A DNA stretch of 64,000 bases, taken from the IMG/VR virus record IMGVR_UViG_3300035204_001773, positions 1 to 64,000 of that record; one strand, given 5' to 3'. The notes below the pieces were generated by a model. The model was not told the DNA's origin. It did no database searches and saw nothing but the letters and a program-made list of their open reading frames with translations. Origin of the DNA: a virus. A program made the translations under genes and the position numbers. Positions 53,306 to 64,000 of this stretch are shown here, piece after piece. Numbering within the stretch: position 1 is the first letter of the stretch; every line of letters begins with the position of its first letter.

Positions 53306-56300
53306 TCACTTTCTTTGGACGTGAGAAGTCGCGTGTTCAATATACTGTTGACCAGCGCTAGCTATTCTACAAATTTGAGGTATCACAAAATAAGTAACCA
53401 CTGGATAAGAACCGGTATTTCTTCCCGCCCCTAGCGTTGTATCTTGTATAATTTCTGTTGGGTCCATGCCAGAAGGTTCTTGAAAATACAACCATATATA
53501 ATCGCTAGTACAAGGAGACGGGCCAACACCTCCTTGGGAATCTATTGATACTTTGGTAGACGTAAAGGGAACTCTCAAATATATCTTCTGTGGATCATTT
53601 GTTCTACTGCCCATGTCTTTGCCAACTATAGTAAAAGCAGATTGCCCGTTTCTTCCCCAAGTCGCTCCTATACAGTTTTGGAGGAACGAACCCTCAAAAG
53701 CGGGGTGATCTAACCCCCCCTTTACGCTGTATCCTTTGTGCCACGCGGAAATATCCGCCTTTGCATGTTGTTCCAGCATGCTGGTATCAATAACTTCTCC
53801 TAAGGAGATTCCCCAAGCTTGGTAAGTCGGTTTTGGATTCTTCTCGTCAATTTGATTTAGTTTGTCGAAAGGTCCAGCCGCCCCCCACCGTAAAATTTTT
53901 TGATTTTCCTTGCCCACGTGATTTGACACGCTCGAAAAAGATGTGTTTGTTCTAGTACTGGAGCACATTAATAAACCAGCTACGCCTATAACAGATGAAG
54001 CTGGGTGAACCTTATCTTTGCCAACGAGGCCTAGCGGTAAATCCGCCGACAACCGCCCACCTCTTCCTTGTGGGGTTGGTTTCATACTGCGTTCAGTCAG
54101 ATGTTTCATGGTCCACATTCCCTGTCTAGACTTAATATATGACCCATTATTAAATTCTGCATTACCATCTACTATTCTGTTTTCATTTGCCACTGAATTT
54201 CCGTAATCTTTATATTTTCTTACCAAGCAGGATTGCTTTGGAACAGTTGTGCTAGTTGTAGTGGGATACATTCTTAGTTCTATTATGTCACCGGGAGAAA
54301 ATTGATAATGCTCAGGGTCTACAAGCACGGTCCTCTGGTTAGCCATCGTGAAGTTCTCAACTTTGCCTACAATAGTTATTTGGTCGATTCTTTCTGTTAT
54401 AATTAGCCTCCCGTTATTGCGCATCTTATTTATTTTATTGAGGTTACCATAATATATATCCATTGCGCTAACATCGTTCTTCGCGAAAGTGGGGATGACT
54501 CCTGCGTCCCAATATTCATACCCATGCCCCTTAATATCATAACCATCGCCGGGGGCTTCTATCCCCTCGGTTGGGTAAACTTCACTCTTACAATTTCCTC
54601 CGGGCTGCCTTTCGTAAGCGCCTGCCGAAAGCATAATATTTTCTGGAATACCCCCATAATGAGAACCAGCTGTCGCTTTACTTTGGTCATGCCTGTCTAC
54701 ATCTCTTTGTTTGAAATATCCCCTCAATTCTTCTAGTTGCTTTTCGTTATTCTTATCATAAGGGGTAAAAGACGAAACCCTATTAGGAAAAGCTGTGAAA
54801 GCCGTAGTGCTAGAATGTAAATTTTTACCACCCAACCAAAAACTCGGGTCAGATTTCAACCCTAAAGTCCACCCACCGTATCCCAAGGGGTTATCATTGG
54901 ACATACAATATCTGGCATCTCTCCCCCATGCTGTAGCGCTACAGGACAAACATTTCATATCCTCAGAGTAAATCCTAGAAGAGACGGTTGTTAACTGACC
55001 CTTACCTATTGCAGTTGCCCACCACCACGGCCAAAATAATGTACCCCCGCAACCAAGACCCTCTGATCTAAATAAATCGAAATTAGAATGATCCTTCCAC
55101 CCCGGCCTTTGCCTGTATCCACCAGCAACTATTGAGGTAGATTCGTAAGCTATACACCTGAATGGCGGCGGCGACATTAAAGGGGTCATTCCGCCCACGA
55201 ATCTTTTTTTAGCCTCTGTATCATTCGGATTGTCGGGATCGGGTCTCTGATGAGGTAGAACCCAATTATTCCCATTGTCGGTAAATGTGTATCTGTTCTT
55301 TGGGGTAGAGCCATCCGCGCATTTCCATTTATCATTACCATCGGCATCCCAACCATCATGAGTTGGATGCTTGTCGTCATCACATATGTTAACAGCCTTT
55401 TTATGAACAGCGGGAGTGCTTGGCATATTATGTTGCCAGTATCCGTCGTAATCAGCCTGTCTACATTCTTGATTCCCTTCTCCCGGCTCGCAAGGCCAAC
55501 TCGGATGCGTTTGATTACAAACCATCATAGTCTTCCATTTATCTCCATCCCTATCAACCACGGTAATTTCTTTTCCGCAATTCAATATGTCCGAAGACAC
55601 ATTCATTGCGATAGACTCATGGAGTTTATTATGACAGCCAAATCTCATACGGGACCAATCCAAAATCATAGAAGCACTTACTGCTGACCCACGATTTTTA
55701 GAGGAGACTACCATGTTATGAGTAATGTTTGTTATGGTATCTGCTTGTGTTATGTCCTCGGCACCATCCCCTCTATAATTGCTGCCTCCGATACTAATCC
55801 ACGTGCTTTCTCTCCGATGAATTCTAATTACCGAAGAGCCCCCTGAGGCTTTTCCAAGTTCATGCAAAATCATCCCTCCTACGACGCTTAGAGTCCCAAC
55901 AGCTATGGGGCCCAAGGTTAATCCTAGGGCGGGGGTCATAGATGACATTTGTAACATGTACTGTATCATCGTTAATGTACTGTTATAATTTGCTGCGTTG
56001 GCGAGCATACTCACCCTAAATCTCATCTCCTTTACAAACGCACACATGTGATGAACGCCTGCTGGCGTAAAACCCATGGGATAATAACTACCCGCTCTCA
56101 TATATTGACCATCCCGGTAGGTCGGTCCGTAATTAAGGCACGAAGCTCCTATTAAAGAGCTATCCCCCTTTTGGGTTAAAGCTGCGTGTGGATTAATCAT
56201 TGATTCTAGATTACCCTGAACCGGATCGTTATCTGGATTCGATAATCCAAATTGAAAAGCCTCTACACAAACAGGGGAAACGTCTCCGGCCACCATTATA

Positions 56301-57037
56301 GGAATAGCTAGGTCCTCCTCTACCCTTTCGTGACCCCCGAAAGTAGGGTTAAGCTTGCCCGTTCTTCTCCCCGCCATTGTGAGCGTCCCCTTCCTCGTTA
56401 GTACGGAGAAAAAGCCAGTTTTAGCACCATATGGCACACGTATGTAAGTTGTATTTATCTCACCGTCATCCATTTTTACAATTACATTATTCAACAGAAA
56501 TGAATTCCCACATCTATAAGAACCGAATTTTATACAAGTTAACATATGACCAGAACTTGAACCAGTACCTATCCACATACCATATCCAGCGTGAGACTTT
56601 TTAGTTTTTAATTCTAGCCAATCGCCACGACGCACGGTCATAATTTTACTAGGAGTAAAGACGCCATTACGCATTACGTCAGTCTCGTATTTATAATTGT
56701 AATTAAGATTATCCCCTACCGAATCCTTATCATCACCAAAAAACGTATTAGGATTTTTTTCTTCTGGCCTAGCCCATATATCCCACTCATAACCGTTGCA
56801 AGAATCTAATGTTCCCGTCCCGCTCACAGAACCACCAGATGAGCTACCGCTCCATATCTCATGCGACGTAGAATCCTCGTCTATACCTTCTACGTTATAA
56901 TTAGCAAACCATGCACCCCCCGCGCCTCTCCTGACTTGGTTTAATGGCGTATTATTAGAGAAGAACCTGTCTGCTCCCGAAAGCTTATCGGAAGCATTTT
57001 TTAGACTTACAAGTTCTATTTGGTTTCTAATCCCCAT
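53306..57037 (-). CDS. Large probable virion protein (1243 aa, Cys/Gly/Trp-rich)
   Basis: Size, composition, cluster of large ORFs; no family recognised. Confidence 0.55.
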   Translation of the reverse strand: MGIRNQIELVSLKNASDKLSGADRFFSNNTPLNQVRRGAGGAWFANYNVEGIDEDSTSHEIWSGSSSGGSVSGTGTLDSCNGYEWDIWARPEEKNPNTFFGDDKDSVGDNLNYNYKYETDVMRNGVFTPSKIMTVRRGDWLELKTKKSHAGYGMWIGTGSSSGHMLTCIKFGSYRCGNSFLLNNVIVKMDDGEINTTYIRVPYGAKTGFFSVLTRKGTLTMAGRRTGKLNPTFGGHERVEEDLAIPIMVAGDVSPVCVEAFQFGLSNPDNDPVQGNLESMINPHAALTQKGDSSLIGASCLNYGPTYRDGQYMRAGSYYPMGFTPAGVHHMCAFVKEMRFRVSMLANAANYNSTLTMIQYMLQMSSMTPALGLTLGPIAVGTLSVVGGMILHELGKASGGSSVIRIHRRESTWISIGGSNYRGDGAEDITQADTITNITHNMVVSSKNRGSAVSASMILDWSRMRFGCHNKLHESIAMNVSSDILNCGKEITVVDRDGDKWKTMMVCNQTHPSWPCEPGEGNQECRQADYDGYWQHNMPSTPAVHKKAVNICDDDKHPTHDGWDADGNDKWKCADGSTPKNRYTFTDNGNNWVLPHQRPDPDNPNDTEAKKRFVGGMTPLMSPPPFRCIAYESTSIVAGGYRQRPGWKDHSNFDLFRSEGLGCGGTLFWPWWWATAIGKGQLTTVSSRIYSEDMKCLSCSATAWGRDARYCMSNDNPLGYGGWTLGLKSDPSFWLGGKNLHSSTTAFTAFPNRVSSFTPYDKNNEKQLEELRGYFKQRDVDRHDQSKATAGSHYGGIPENIMLSAGAYERQPGGNCKSEVYPTEGIEAPGDGYDIKGHGYEYWDAGVIPTFAKNDVSAMDIYYGNLNKINKMRNNGRLIITERIDQITIVGKVENFTMANQRTVLVDPEHYQFSPGDIIELRMYPTTTSTTVPKQSCLVRKYKDYGNSVANENRIVDGNAEFNNGSYIKSRQGMWTMKHLTERSMKPTPQGRGGRLSADLPLGLVGKDKVHPASSVIGVAGLLMCSSTRTNTSFSSVSNHVGKENQKILRWGAAGPFDKLNQIDEKNPKPTYQAWGISLGEVIDTSMLEQHAKADISAWHKGYSVKGGLDHPAFEGSFLQNCIGATWGRNGQSAFTIVGKDMGSRTNDPQKIYLRVPFTSTKVSIDSQGGVGPSPCTSDYIWLYFQEPSGMDPTEIIQDTTLGAGRNTGSYPVVTYFVIPQICRIASAGQQYIEHATSHVQRK

Positions 57038-57058
57038 CTTCTTGGTTGTCGGTTGTGT

Positions 57059-58372
57059 TTAAGATAATGGTATTTCTTTTCCGCCTGTTGTTACATAATA
57101 AAACTTTTTAGTATTAGTACCAGACCCGTCATCTTTGTAATTTATTTTAATCATTGGGCTATCTAACATTCCCTCTGCGGTTGCCCAAAAATTAGCCGAA
57201 CTAAATTCGCTGAAAGCAACATCCAAGTAAGCGTGCGTGTCTGAGTGTTTTGGCCTAACCTCTGTGCCAGTAAAGTTTCTTGGCCCCCCGTAAAGTTGAT
57301 AAGCGATTCTGGCCTTGGAAGAACCAATGGGCCCAGCGGCCTGCTTAGTGACTTGAGCATTTTCCCCGGGTAAAGGAACCCTGACTTTAACATTTGCAGT
57401 GCTAAGCCAAGGTTTATTAACTCCGTGAGACACCTCCTGCCCTTCGTAATCAGCATGATTAACTACAGCCGCAGGCAAGGTTCCCTCTACACCATTAGAG
57501 GGTTTAACACTGATACCCCATTGCTTGCCATCAGCCCCTACATCTACAAAAACTTGTGGGTGTGGGCACGCCTCCATGTATGGAGGAAAAGATGGAACTA
57601 ATTGAACCGATCTGACGCCCGCAGCATTAGCCTCTTGAAGCATAAGATGATCAGTGCACGCTTGCCTATAATACCAACTGATAGTTTTGCCTCCGATTTC
57701 CCTGCTTAAGGGTACGTTGGGATATGGATATTGCGCGTCGGGGGCAACCGAAGTGCAATACCCCAAAAGAGTGTAACTCGCCCATTGCTTAACTTGTATA
57801 GGGTCTCCAACAAAGTAAGTTAACTCAGAAGCCATAGCCTTCTTAAACACATCCATGGCGTTATTGGCTACTTGACCCCTTGGGTCGTATAAAAAACCCT
57901 TTGGAGATAACCATTCAACCTCTTTTTCTATTTCGTAATCTAAATATTCTATCTCTGGTCCTCTTATATCGGGTAAAACATACCCCTTTGCGTCAGGAAC
58001 CCCCACATCTGTTCCTATATGATCTCTTCTAACGGTTTTGATTGATCTTGGGAACCCACCAATGCTAACCCCACCATACTCATACCACCTTGAAAACTTG
58101 GAGCCCTTTTGTATGCCTGCATGTATAGGTCTAAGGTTAGTATCGAAATATACAGCCAACCATACAAAATCTAATTCATTTAATTCGAATGGAATACCTA
58201 ATCCACACACTGGAAATCTAGCCGTAAGATCAAGCCCCGCCATAACGCAAGAAGACGGGGTTATATACAATTGATTTTGCTTAGTGCCCTCTACTACCTT
58301 TATACCTCGCCAAGGCATGTCTTGTTTCGGAGACTCGCTCCCTGTGTCTAATGATGCTTTAATAAATCCCAT
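57059..58372 (-). CDS. Probable virion protein, paralog of 58381-59631
   Basis: Shared motifs F..ASLD.G, GLG.PF..NE, P.HA.I, QAC..HL. Confidence 0.6.
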   Translation of the reverse strand: MGFIKASLDTGSESPKQDMPWRGIKVVEGTKQNQLYITPSSCVMAGLDLTARFPVCGLGIPFELNELDFVWLAVYFDTNLRPIHAGIQKGSKFSRWYEYGGVSIGGFPRSIKTVRRDHIGTDVGVPDAKGYVLPDIRGPEIEYLDYEIEKEVEWLSPKGFLYDPRGQVANNAMDVFKKAMASELTYFVGDPIQVKQWASYTLLGYCTSVAPDAQYPYPNVPLSREIGGKTISWYYRQACTDHLMLQEANAAGVRSVQLVPSFPPYMEACPHPQVFVDVGADGKQWGISVKPSNGVEGTLPAAVVNHADYEGQEVSHGVNKPWLSTANVKVRVPLPGENAQVTKQAAGPIGSSKARIAYQLYGGPRNFTGTEVRPKHSDTHAYLDVAFSEFSSANFWATAEGMLDSPMIKINYKDDGSGTNTKKFYYVTTGGKEIPLS

Positions 58373-58380
58373 TTTTTTCC

Positions 58381-59631
58381 TTATAAATCTATTGCGTCAG
58401 CTGGTCTTTTGTTGTATACTGATTGCATATACAGCGGCGGGTAAGGCCACGCAGCAGTATTATACAAATCTGTTCTATCGTACCATGGGTATACTTGACC
58501 CCAGTCTAAAACATCCAAGGTCCCCCTTCCATCTGATTTTGTCCGCACCACGTTGTCAAAACCTTGGTATGGCAAAAGCATTTTCAATTTTAAATCCCCC
58601 TCCAGAACAGTAACCATTTGTAAATGAGTCTTGCACGCCTGCATTAATTGATATGCCGGTCTTTTTTGAGAGTCATCAGCTGGAATTTTTATCCCTGTAA
58701 CATGACCCTCTACAGGTCTACTATCTCCAGTCGCATAAGCAATAGGGTAGTAACAAGCTACTTGATCATACCGAACTCTCTTAAGTTTAACGGTCTCTTT
58801 TAACCAAGATTGAGTAAGGTATTTATGAAGCTCTGAAAACTCTTTCGATTGATGAATTACTCCCGCTCCTCCATGAGCAACGGGATACCTGCTTCCCCCT
58901 ACTTCGTAATATCCCCTATCTGGATAACCACCAGCAGCAGAGATATACCCCTTTCTTTGTCTTCTTGTATTGTATGGAGGGTTTTGTCTTAAAGTTCTAC
59001 TAGCATAAGTCCCGACGTCTTTCTGAGTACAAATGCTTTTTCTCAATTCCCTGTCTATGCCTCTGTATCTATTACCAACCTTATGACTTTTGGTAAATAC
59101 ATTCCAGCTATTAGCGGGATCAGCGAAACCGTTATCTCCCCCTCCGCCAAAACTACCCGGCTCCCATACTTGCCCGTCGACTTGTCTCCAATTTACGCCT
59201 CGATGCGCAGGATTCCAGCTTTGTTTATGATGCATAACTCCTCTAGAATTCTGCTCGTTAGTATTTTCTATTCCATAATACGGGAGAGACTCCATTGGGT
59301 CTGATACAGAAAACATCTTTGGCCATCCTAGCCACCTTTCTCCATGAGCCAACCACGGTAAATGATTTCCTGTGTGACAAATTTCAGCGTGCATGGGTCT
59401 GCCCGACATATCCAAGAAGACCTGTAAATAAATGTGACTTTTTTCATTGATTTTAAAAGGCAAACCCAGCCCATGAATATCTAAAATCTCTCCGCTTATC
59501 TTGGGGTCATAAAACGCCTCGCCTTTTAAAACCCGAAACCACTCGTCTTGAACTTGTTCTACACGAAAAGGGTGATAAACGGCTGACACATCTGACGTTC
59601 CCGGGTCTAAGCTGGCTCTTCTAAAAGGCAT
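58381..59631 (-). CDS. Probable virion protein, paralog of 57059-58372
   Basis: Same shared motifs. Confidence 0.6.
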   Translation of the reverse strand: MPFRRASLDPGTSDVSAVYHPFRVEQVQDEWFRVLKGEAFYDPKISGEILDIHGLGLPFKINEKSHIYLQVFLDMSGRPMHAEICHTGNHLPWLAHGERWLGWPKMFSVSDPMESLPYYGIENTNEQNSRGVMHHKQSWNPAHRGVNWRQVDGQVWEPGSFGGGGDNGFADPANSWNVFTKSHKVGNRYRGIDRELRKSICTQKDVGTYASRTLRQNPPYNTRRQRKGYISAAGGYPDRGYYEVGGSRYPVAHGGAGVIHQSKEFSELHKYLTQSWLKETVKLKRVRYDQVACYYPIAYATGDSRPVEGHVTGIKIPADDSQKRPAYQLMQACKTHLQMVTVLEGDLKLKMLLPYQGFDNVVRTKSDGRGTLDVLDWGQVYPWYDRTDLYNTAAWPYPPLYMQSVYNKRPADAIDL

Positions 59632-59632
59632 A

Positions 59633-60298
59633 TTAATCTGTAAGTTTAACTACAAAGTCAGTTTTTATATCTCCGACGGAAGTTTTAAAAGTTAATTCGT
59701 CAGAATAATCTCCCGTAGTAATATTTTCTCTACCCGAGACAATTATGTTCGCGTTGTTCTCTATTTTAATGGGCAGATTTGTGGTTGAAAAATTATCCCC
59801 GCCCGAAAAGACCCCACTAAAAACGACGAAGGGCAAATTTGCATTATTATTAGCTACATTTATATTAAGCGTACCTGTTTTGGAAAAGGAATCGCCCTTC
59901 AATATTGTGTAGCTTGGCTTGTCCGAAGCAACATAGAAACTAGTAGTAGCTGTACATCCGCTAGTATTTATATAAAAATTGTCAATAACATTCTTTTCTT
60001 TTACTCCCACGTAGCATATAGGTACGCCGTCAATAAAATATTGATAATTTGAATCGTAAATATCTCCAGAAAGAGAAAAAGATTGACTAGGTAAATAAGA
60101 ATATATATATCTATTTTCTGGATCTATAATTTTCCCCTTATCAAATGAAAATTCTAACGATCTTCCCGTGCCCTCCCATTCACCAGAAAACCCCAGAGCC
60201 CCAGTACCCTCTATATTGTCAAAAGTAAGGCCTGACGCATAAAAAGATAACCGCTTTGCGCTACCAATTTTTCTATTGTTATTTCCAGAGAATTCCAT
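59633..60298 (-). CDS. Probable virion protein (beta-rich)
   Basis: Repeated FSG/SG motifs, structural cluster. Confidence 0.55.
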   Translation of the reverse strand: MEFSGNNNRKIGSAKRLSFYASGLTFDNIEGTGALGFSGEWEGTGRSLEFSFDKGKIIDPENRYIYSYLPSQSFSLSGDIYDSNYQYFIDGVPICYVGVKEKNVIDNFYINTSGCTATTSFYVASDKPSYTILKGDSFSKTGTLNINVANNNANLPFVVFSGVFSGGDNFSTTNLPIKIENNANIIVSGRENITTGDYSDELTFKTSVGDIKTDFVVKLTD

Positions 60299-60299
60299 A

Positions 60300-63200
60300 T
60301 TATCTTATAACGTTCATATTCATTGATGGCCCCACCTTTCTCGACCATACATCCGGCTTAGGAAGCTCAGATGGCCTAGTAGAAAAAGACCAATCTATAT
60401 AAGCTCCATCTTGATCTAAAACTATATTAAAACCATCTAGTCCTGCAGCGGGATTTAAATATGCACTTAGGGCCGGATCTGCGCCGATTTGCCTAAAAGA
60501 TAATGTCTCTCTGGGTAATTGTATCGTAATACTATCAACTGCGTTTCGCATGGAATTATAATAATCATCTATCCCCACTTGAGAAAACCCAAAAGCAGAA
60601 CTAGAAGCGGAGCCATTTGGAATTGGCACTTGCACGATAGTATCGCCCTCTGGATTAGATAGAGATTCTAAATCACTTGTTATATCCATGGAGTTTACAT
60701 CGATAGCTTGAGAATATCCAGCGTTCATAATTCGTCCTCTTACTTGCTTTTGTCCCCTTTCTGTTTTTGTGTAGCTTGCTTGGGTATGCTTTACTCCTTC
60801 GTACCAGTTTTGGCTTGGATAAATAATATCTACAGTCACTTGCGGCCCCATAAATCCAGACCCAGTTGGATCATAAAAAGATTGGGTTGTATTAGCTCCG
60901 ACGGGAGCAGTTGAAAATGGATTAGAATTATTAGGATTTGCGTAAGTGGGCCCACTAAGGCTACGTGTCACCGCCGAATAGCCCGGTGCATAAGATTTTA
61001 TTCTAAACCCTGCGGATAAATGTAATTGGTATCTAGATTCCACTGAAGGAGGCTGATAAACACCATTTACCCATCGAGCAGCATCAGACAACGGCCAATC
61101 AATGGTTCCGTATTGAGATTTTAACTCTTCTTGTCTTTCATTTCTAAGAAATGGCTTCATTAAGTCTGCTTGTGCGTTCGACCAAGCAGTAGTGCCCGCA
61201 ATACTCCAATTTCTTGCGCCCCAATCTGCCCAAGGATAAATATGAGGGTTACCCATATACCATCCTCTCGCATTACCCGCTGCTTCGCTTGTGGCCATAT
61301 GCACCCCCGGTCTAGGAGCCAATCCTTGACCAAGGGTTACTTCTTCGTCTTGAGTAACTATTGGAACAACTCCATACGGATTACTCGGGGAAACATCTGC
61401 GCCTGAAACCGCCCAACCATATAAAGTGGGACACTTACATCCGTCTTTCTTAATGTCTTTCTCGTAATAAGTTTCCGAACAGGGGGCGAGTTTAGCTCTA
61501 TCATCTTTATCTTTATATTCATTAGGATTAACCCACCCCCCATATGTTGATATGGCGGGAGGCACATTTGACGCTGTGGAAATGGTGTCATACAAATGAG
61601 GGGGTTTCGACCAATTTGAAATAATAAAATTATTACCCAAAAAATTTGCAGGAGGAGCAAGCATCAGCACTACCTGAGCATCTCTTCCAGCAGAACTTAC
61701 TTTCCCTTCTATCCGCGCTGCTTGAACCTGACTAGCTAGAGTGTCTTTTATTCTATCAAAAAAGCGTAATTTACTTTTACCATTTAAAGGTATATATGTA
61801 GGCACCAGCTTTTCTAAAAAGTCTACCCCGCTATGCACAAAAGCGCTTTCAAATTCGCTAGCATCAGTTCCCCATGGAGCATTCCTTTGAAAAACTGTAA
61901 ACATTCTATCTGCCTGATTAGTCACATTGAAATAATTATTAGAGAAACTACCGTAAGCTTTACTCAAAATAGATCTTCCCTTAGGGTGACTCCTTATCAA
62001 GCTGTTAAAAGGTAAATCTCCGAAATCATTTCCCTTTATTTTTATTCCTTGTGGTTCATGCTGTGTTTCTAGCTCCCACTTTTCAGTCACCCCACAAAAA
62101 TTCATGTAATCATTTTGTTCCTCGTGAATGTAATATTTTCCATACATATCCGCCACCCGAGCTTCCCACGACTCCCATTTAGATTCTTCTTGTCGACTAT
62201 ATACGGCTACATAGCCCTTACACGCAGCAAGAGATACCGCGTCCGTGGCGTATCTATCAAAAATTTGCTCCCATTGTTGACAGCTAAAGTCTTCATTTAA
62301 CATTTCCTGCATCTCTGGCCCACTAATTTCCTCCAAAATCCTTATGCCCAAATGATTTGTGTCTTTATTAGCAACGGCGTTTGTAAAATAAAAATTATAT
62401 ATAGTTCTCGCGTTTTTATTAAATTTAGCTAAGGCGCAAGATATATCGAACTGTGTTCTGTTTCTTCCGCCGTTAATGCTTGCGGGAAAAATTTCGTACG
62501 GATCCATCACTTGGTAAACTTGCCTATATTGAATCCTTCTTTGAAAGGATTTAGGTCTGGCTGGTTTTTTATAATAAACTTGAAAATTCGTAGTCTTTGT
62601 GGCGGACATATCTAAAGACTCGTTTACATTATCAAAACCTAACCCATCAACAGGATTAAAGACGATTGCTTTAACAGAGTTCATTGCCACCGTCGCAGAA
62701 CTAGTAGCTGAAGTTAAGTATATACATTTTAAGGCAGCGATATCAGAACTAGATTTTAAGAAATCCCAAAAATGCATAAAACCAAAATCAGCAGCCCAAG
62801 CATCAAGAACCTCCCTTAGCGTGCCCGTGTAATCTTTTCTATAGGCTGGATTGATATCCACAAACCCAGCCCAATCTATACCCGCTTCTTTAATCGCCAA
62901 AAGAAGTTCTGAAAAATTATAGTCTACATTAGCTAAATCCCCGTTTGACTCTGTAAATTGTTCTTGTCCTAAGATTATCTTTCCGCCATATCGATGATCT
63001 ACATCTACAATTCTTCCGTAATCAACTACCCGTAATGCGCCATACACCGCTGTCCTGAAAGATGGAAATCTTCCAGCGCCCGCTAACCCATTCAGAGAAT
63101 TTACAACTTGGTCGTAACAAGGTTCACAATTTAAAGCTATATCGAAATTAACCAACCTCGAACGAATAGGTATCCCTCTTGATGGGAGAGGATCTGTCGG

Positions 63201-63722
63201 TCCAGCTGGTGCTGCCGCTGTCCACCCTCCAACAGAAAAGTTCGACGAATTTTGCCTTAGCGAAGAATACACAGAAGATAGAAGAGCGTAATTTGTTGGT
63301 GTTGTATCAAATATCTCTGCATCATTATTGCTGGCGTGTTGATTAATCAATCCGACATAAATTTTATCTAATAATATAGAGGCGTCAACGAAGGTTAATG
63401 TAAGGGTTTTCTGAGATACTGCGGTATTTTTTTCTATTTTCTGCAAGAATAACTGCGGCAATATAGTGCCAGCGATAGAAACTTCATAGTATCTATCAGA
63501 TACATTCACAGCCAAGCTGTTTATAGCGGCCGGAAAAGTGGTTTTTGGAATAGTTCCATCCTCCACGCAGCGGACCACTACCTTGGTAATTTCCCCCGGA
63601 GTATGATTAAGGCTAACCCCATATATTTTCATACCAGCGAAGGTATTTTTTGGGTAACTTACCGATCCTCCACTAAATACTATATCATCAAATGAATAAA
63701 AATTGTCTCCGTCGTGTGGCAT
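60300..63722 (-). CDS. Large probable tail/baseplate-hub protein (1140 aa)
   Basis: L.FVD.S.LLDK, GTLREVL..W..DFG...WD pattern; size. Confidence 0.5.
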   Translation of the reverse strand: MPHDGDNFYSFDDIVFSGGSVSYPKNTFAGMKIYGVSLNHTPGEITKVVVRCVEDGTIPKTTFPAAINSLAVNVSDRYYEVSIAGTILPQLFLQKIEKNTAVSQKTLTLTFVDASILLDKIYVGLINQHASNNDAEIFDTTPTNYALLSSVYSSLRQNSSNFSVGGWTAAAPAGPTDPLPSRGIPIRSRLVNFDIALNCEPCYDQVVNSLNGLAGAGRFPSFRTAVYGALRVVDYGRIVDVDHRYGGKIILGQEQFTESNGDLANVDYNFSELLLAIKEAGIDWAGFVDINPAYRKDYTGTLREVLDAWAADFGFMHFWDFLKSSSDIAALKCIYLTSATSSATVAMNSVKAIVFNPVDGLGFDNVNESLDMSATKTTNFQVYYKKPARPKSFQRRIQYRQVYQVMDPYEIFPASINGGRNRTQFDISCALAKFNKNARTIYNFYFTNAVANKDTNHLGIRILEEISGPEMQEMLNEDFSCQQWEQIFDRYATDAVSLAACKGYVAVYSRQEESKWESWEARVADMYGKYYIHEEQNDYMNFCGVTEKWELETQHEPQGIKIKGNDFGDLPFNSLIRSHPKGRSILSKAYGSFSNNYFNVTNQADRMFTVFQRNAPWGTDASEFESAFVHSGVDFLEKLVPTYIPLNGKSKLRFFDRIKDTLASQVQAARIEGKVSSAGRDAQVVLMLAPPANFLGNNFIISNWSKPPHLYDTISTASNVPPAISTYGGWVNPNEYKDKDDRAKLAPCSETYYEKDIKKDGCKCPTLYGWAVSGADVSPSNPYGVVPIVTQDEEVTLGQGLAPRPGVHMATSEAAGNARGWYMGNPHIYPWADWGARNWSIAGTTAWSNAQADLMKPFLRNERQEELKSQYGTIDWPLSDAARWVNGVYQPPSVESRYQLHLSAGFRIKSYAPGYSAVTRSLSGPTYANPNNSNPFSTAPVGANTTQSFYDPTGSGFMGPQVTVDIIYPSQNWYEGVKHTQASYTKTERGQKQVRGRIMNAGYSQAIDVNSMDITSDLESLSNPEGDTIVQVPIPNGSASSSAFGFSQVGIDDYYNSMRNAVDSITIQLPRETLSFRQIGADPALSAYLNPAAGLDGFNIVLDQDGAYIDWSFSTRPSELPKPDVWSRKVGPSMNMNVIR

Positions 63723-63744
63723 TATTCCTTTTTCCTAGAGCTCT

Positions 63745-64000
63745 TTAAATCGTTATATTAAAGTAGTTCTCATCATTATTATACATTATATGGCTTTTCT
63801 TCTCTAATCTTAAGTCACTGTTTAATAAGCTTTGCTGGCTTGTTTTTATATAATCTGTATTTTCTATTTGACGCCAACCATTCAGCCATACTTTTTCATT
63901 TCTTAAATTAAAATTCAATCTATCATAAGCATCCACAGAACCGCTATATAAGGTTTCGAATTTACTACTCCTCGACACAAACGAATAAATTCCAGATATA
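63745..64000 (-). CDS. C-terminus of a probable virion protein (begins beyond window)
   Basis: Open frame to the window edge; VWLNGWRQ..DY. Confidence 0.55.
   Translation of the reverse strand, partial: ISGIYSFVSRSSKFETLYSGSVDAYDRLNFNLRNEKVWLNGWRQIENTDYIKTSQQSLLNSDLRLEKKSHIMYNNDENYFNITI

Noticed and set aside
967-62832. Many short antisense or alternate-frame ORFs in the track (e.g. 1565-1894, 17613-17972, 40443-40898, 49719-50072)
   Set aside because: They are shadows of well-supported genes, with no motifs or expression signals.

Overview
This is a 64-kb segment of a large, AT-rich, densely coding dsDNA bacteriophage (jumbo-phage-like). The standard genetic code fits all ORFs. No ribosomal or cell-division genes are present. 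Blocks: (i) 1-20.7 kb, mostly minus strand: accessory/host-interaction genes (cytochrome c, ExbB/ExbD-like pair, radical SAM, GuaC, SET domain, Hsp20, histidine decarboxylase, methyltransferases, NaeI-like nuclease, serine protease, dUTPase-like, dCMP deaminase), with tRNA-Leu/Val/Arg and a tmRNA. (ii) 20.8-53.3 kb, mostly plus strand: a ~420-nt structured non-coding region before tRNA-Gly, dNMP kinase, sigma factor, NrdA plus a Tyr-less (class Ic-type) NrdB, and a replication module (RecA, DnaB, primase, split DnaE, exonucleases, SSB-like, annealing protein) interleaved with sugar-nucleotide and glycosyltransferase genes. (iii) 53.3-64 kb, minus strand: large probable virion proteins. The most notable observations are the large ncRNA candidate with a group-I-intron-like core, the 30-aa tmRNA tag, the phage-encoded proton-motor pair, the class Ic RNR, a sigma54 promoter with twin palindromes on hsp20, and pervasive leaderless promoters plus a second GTGTAA motif. 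All family calls come from motif recognition by eye; no searches were run. A PVC-superphylum host is a weak inference only.
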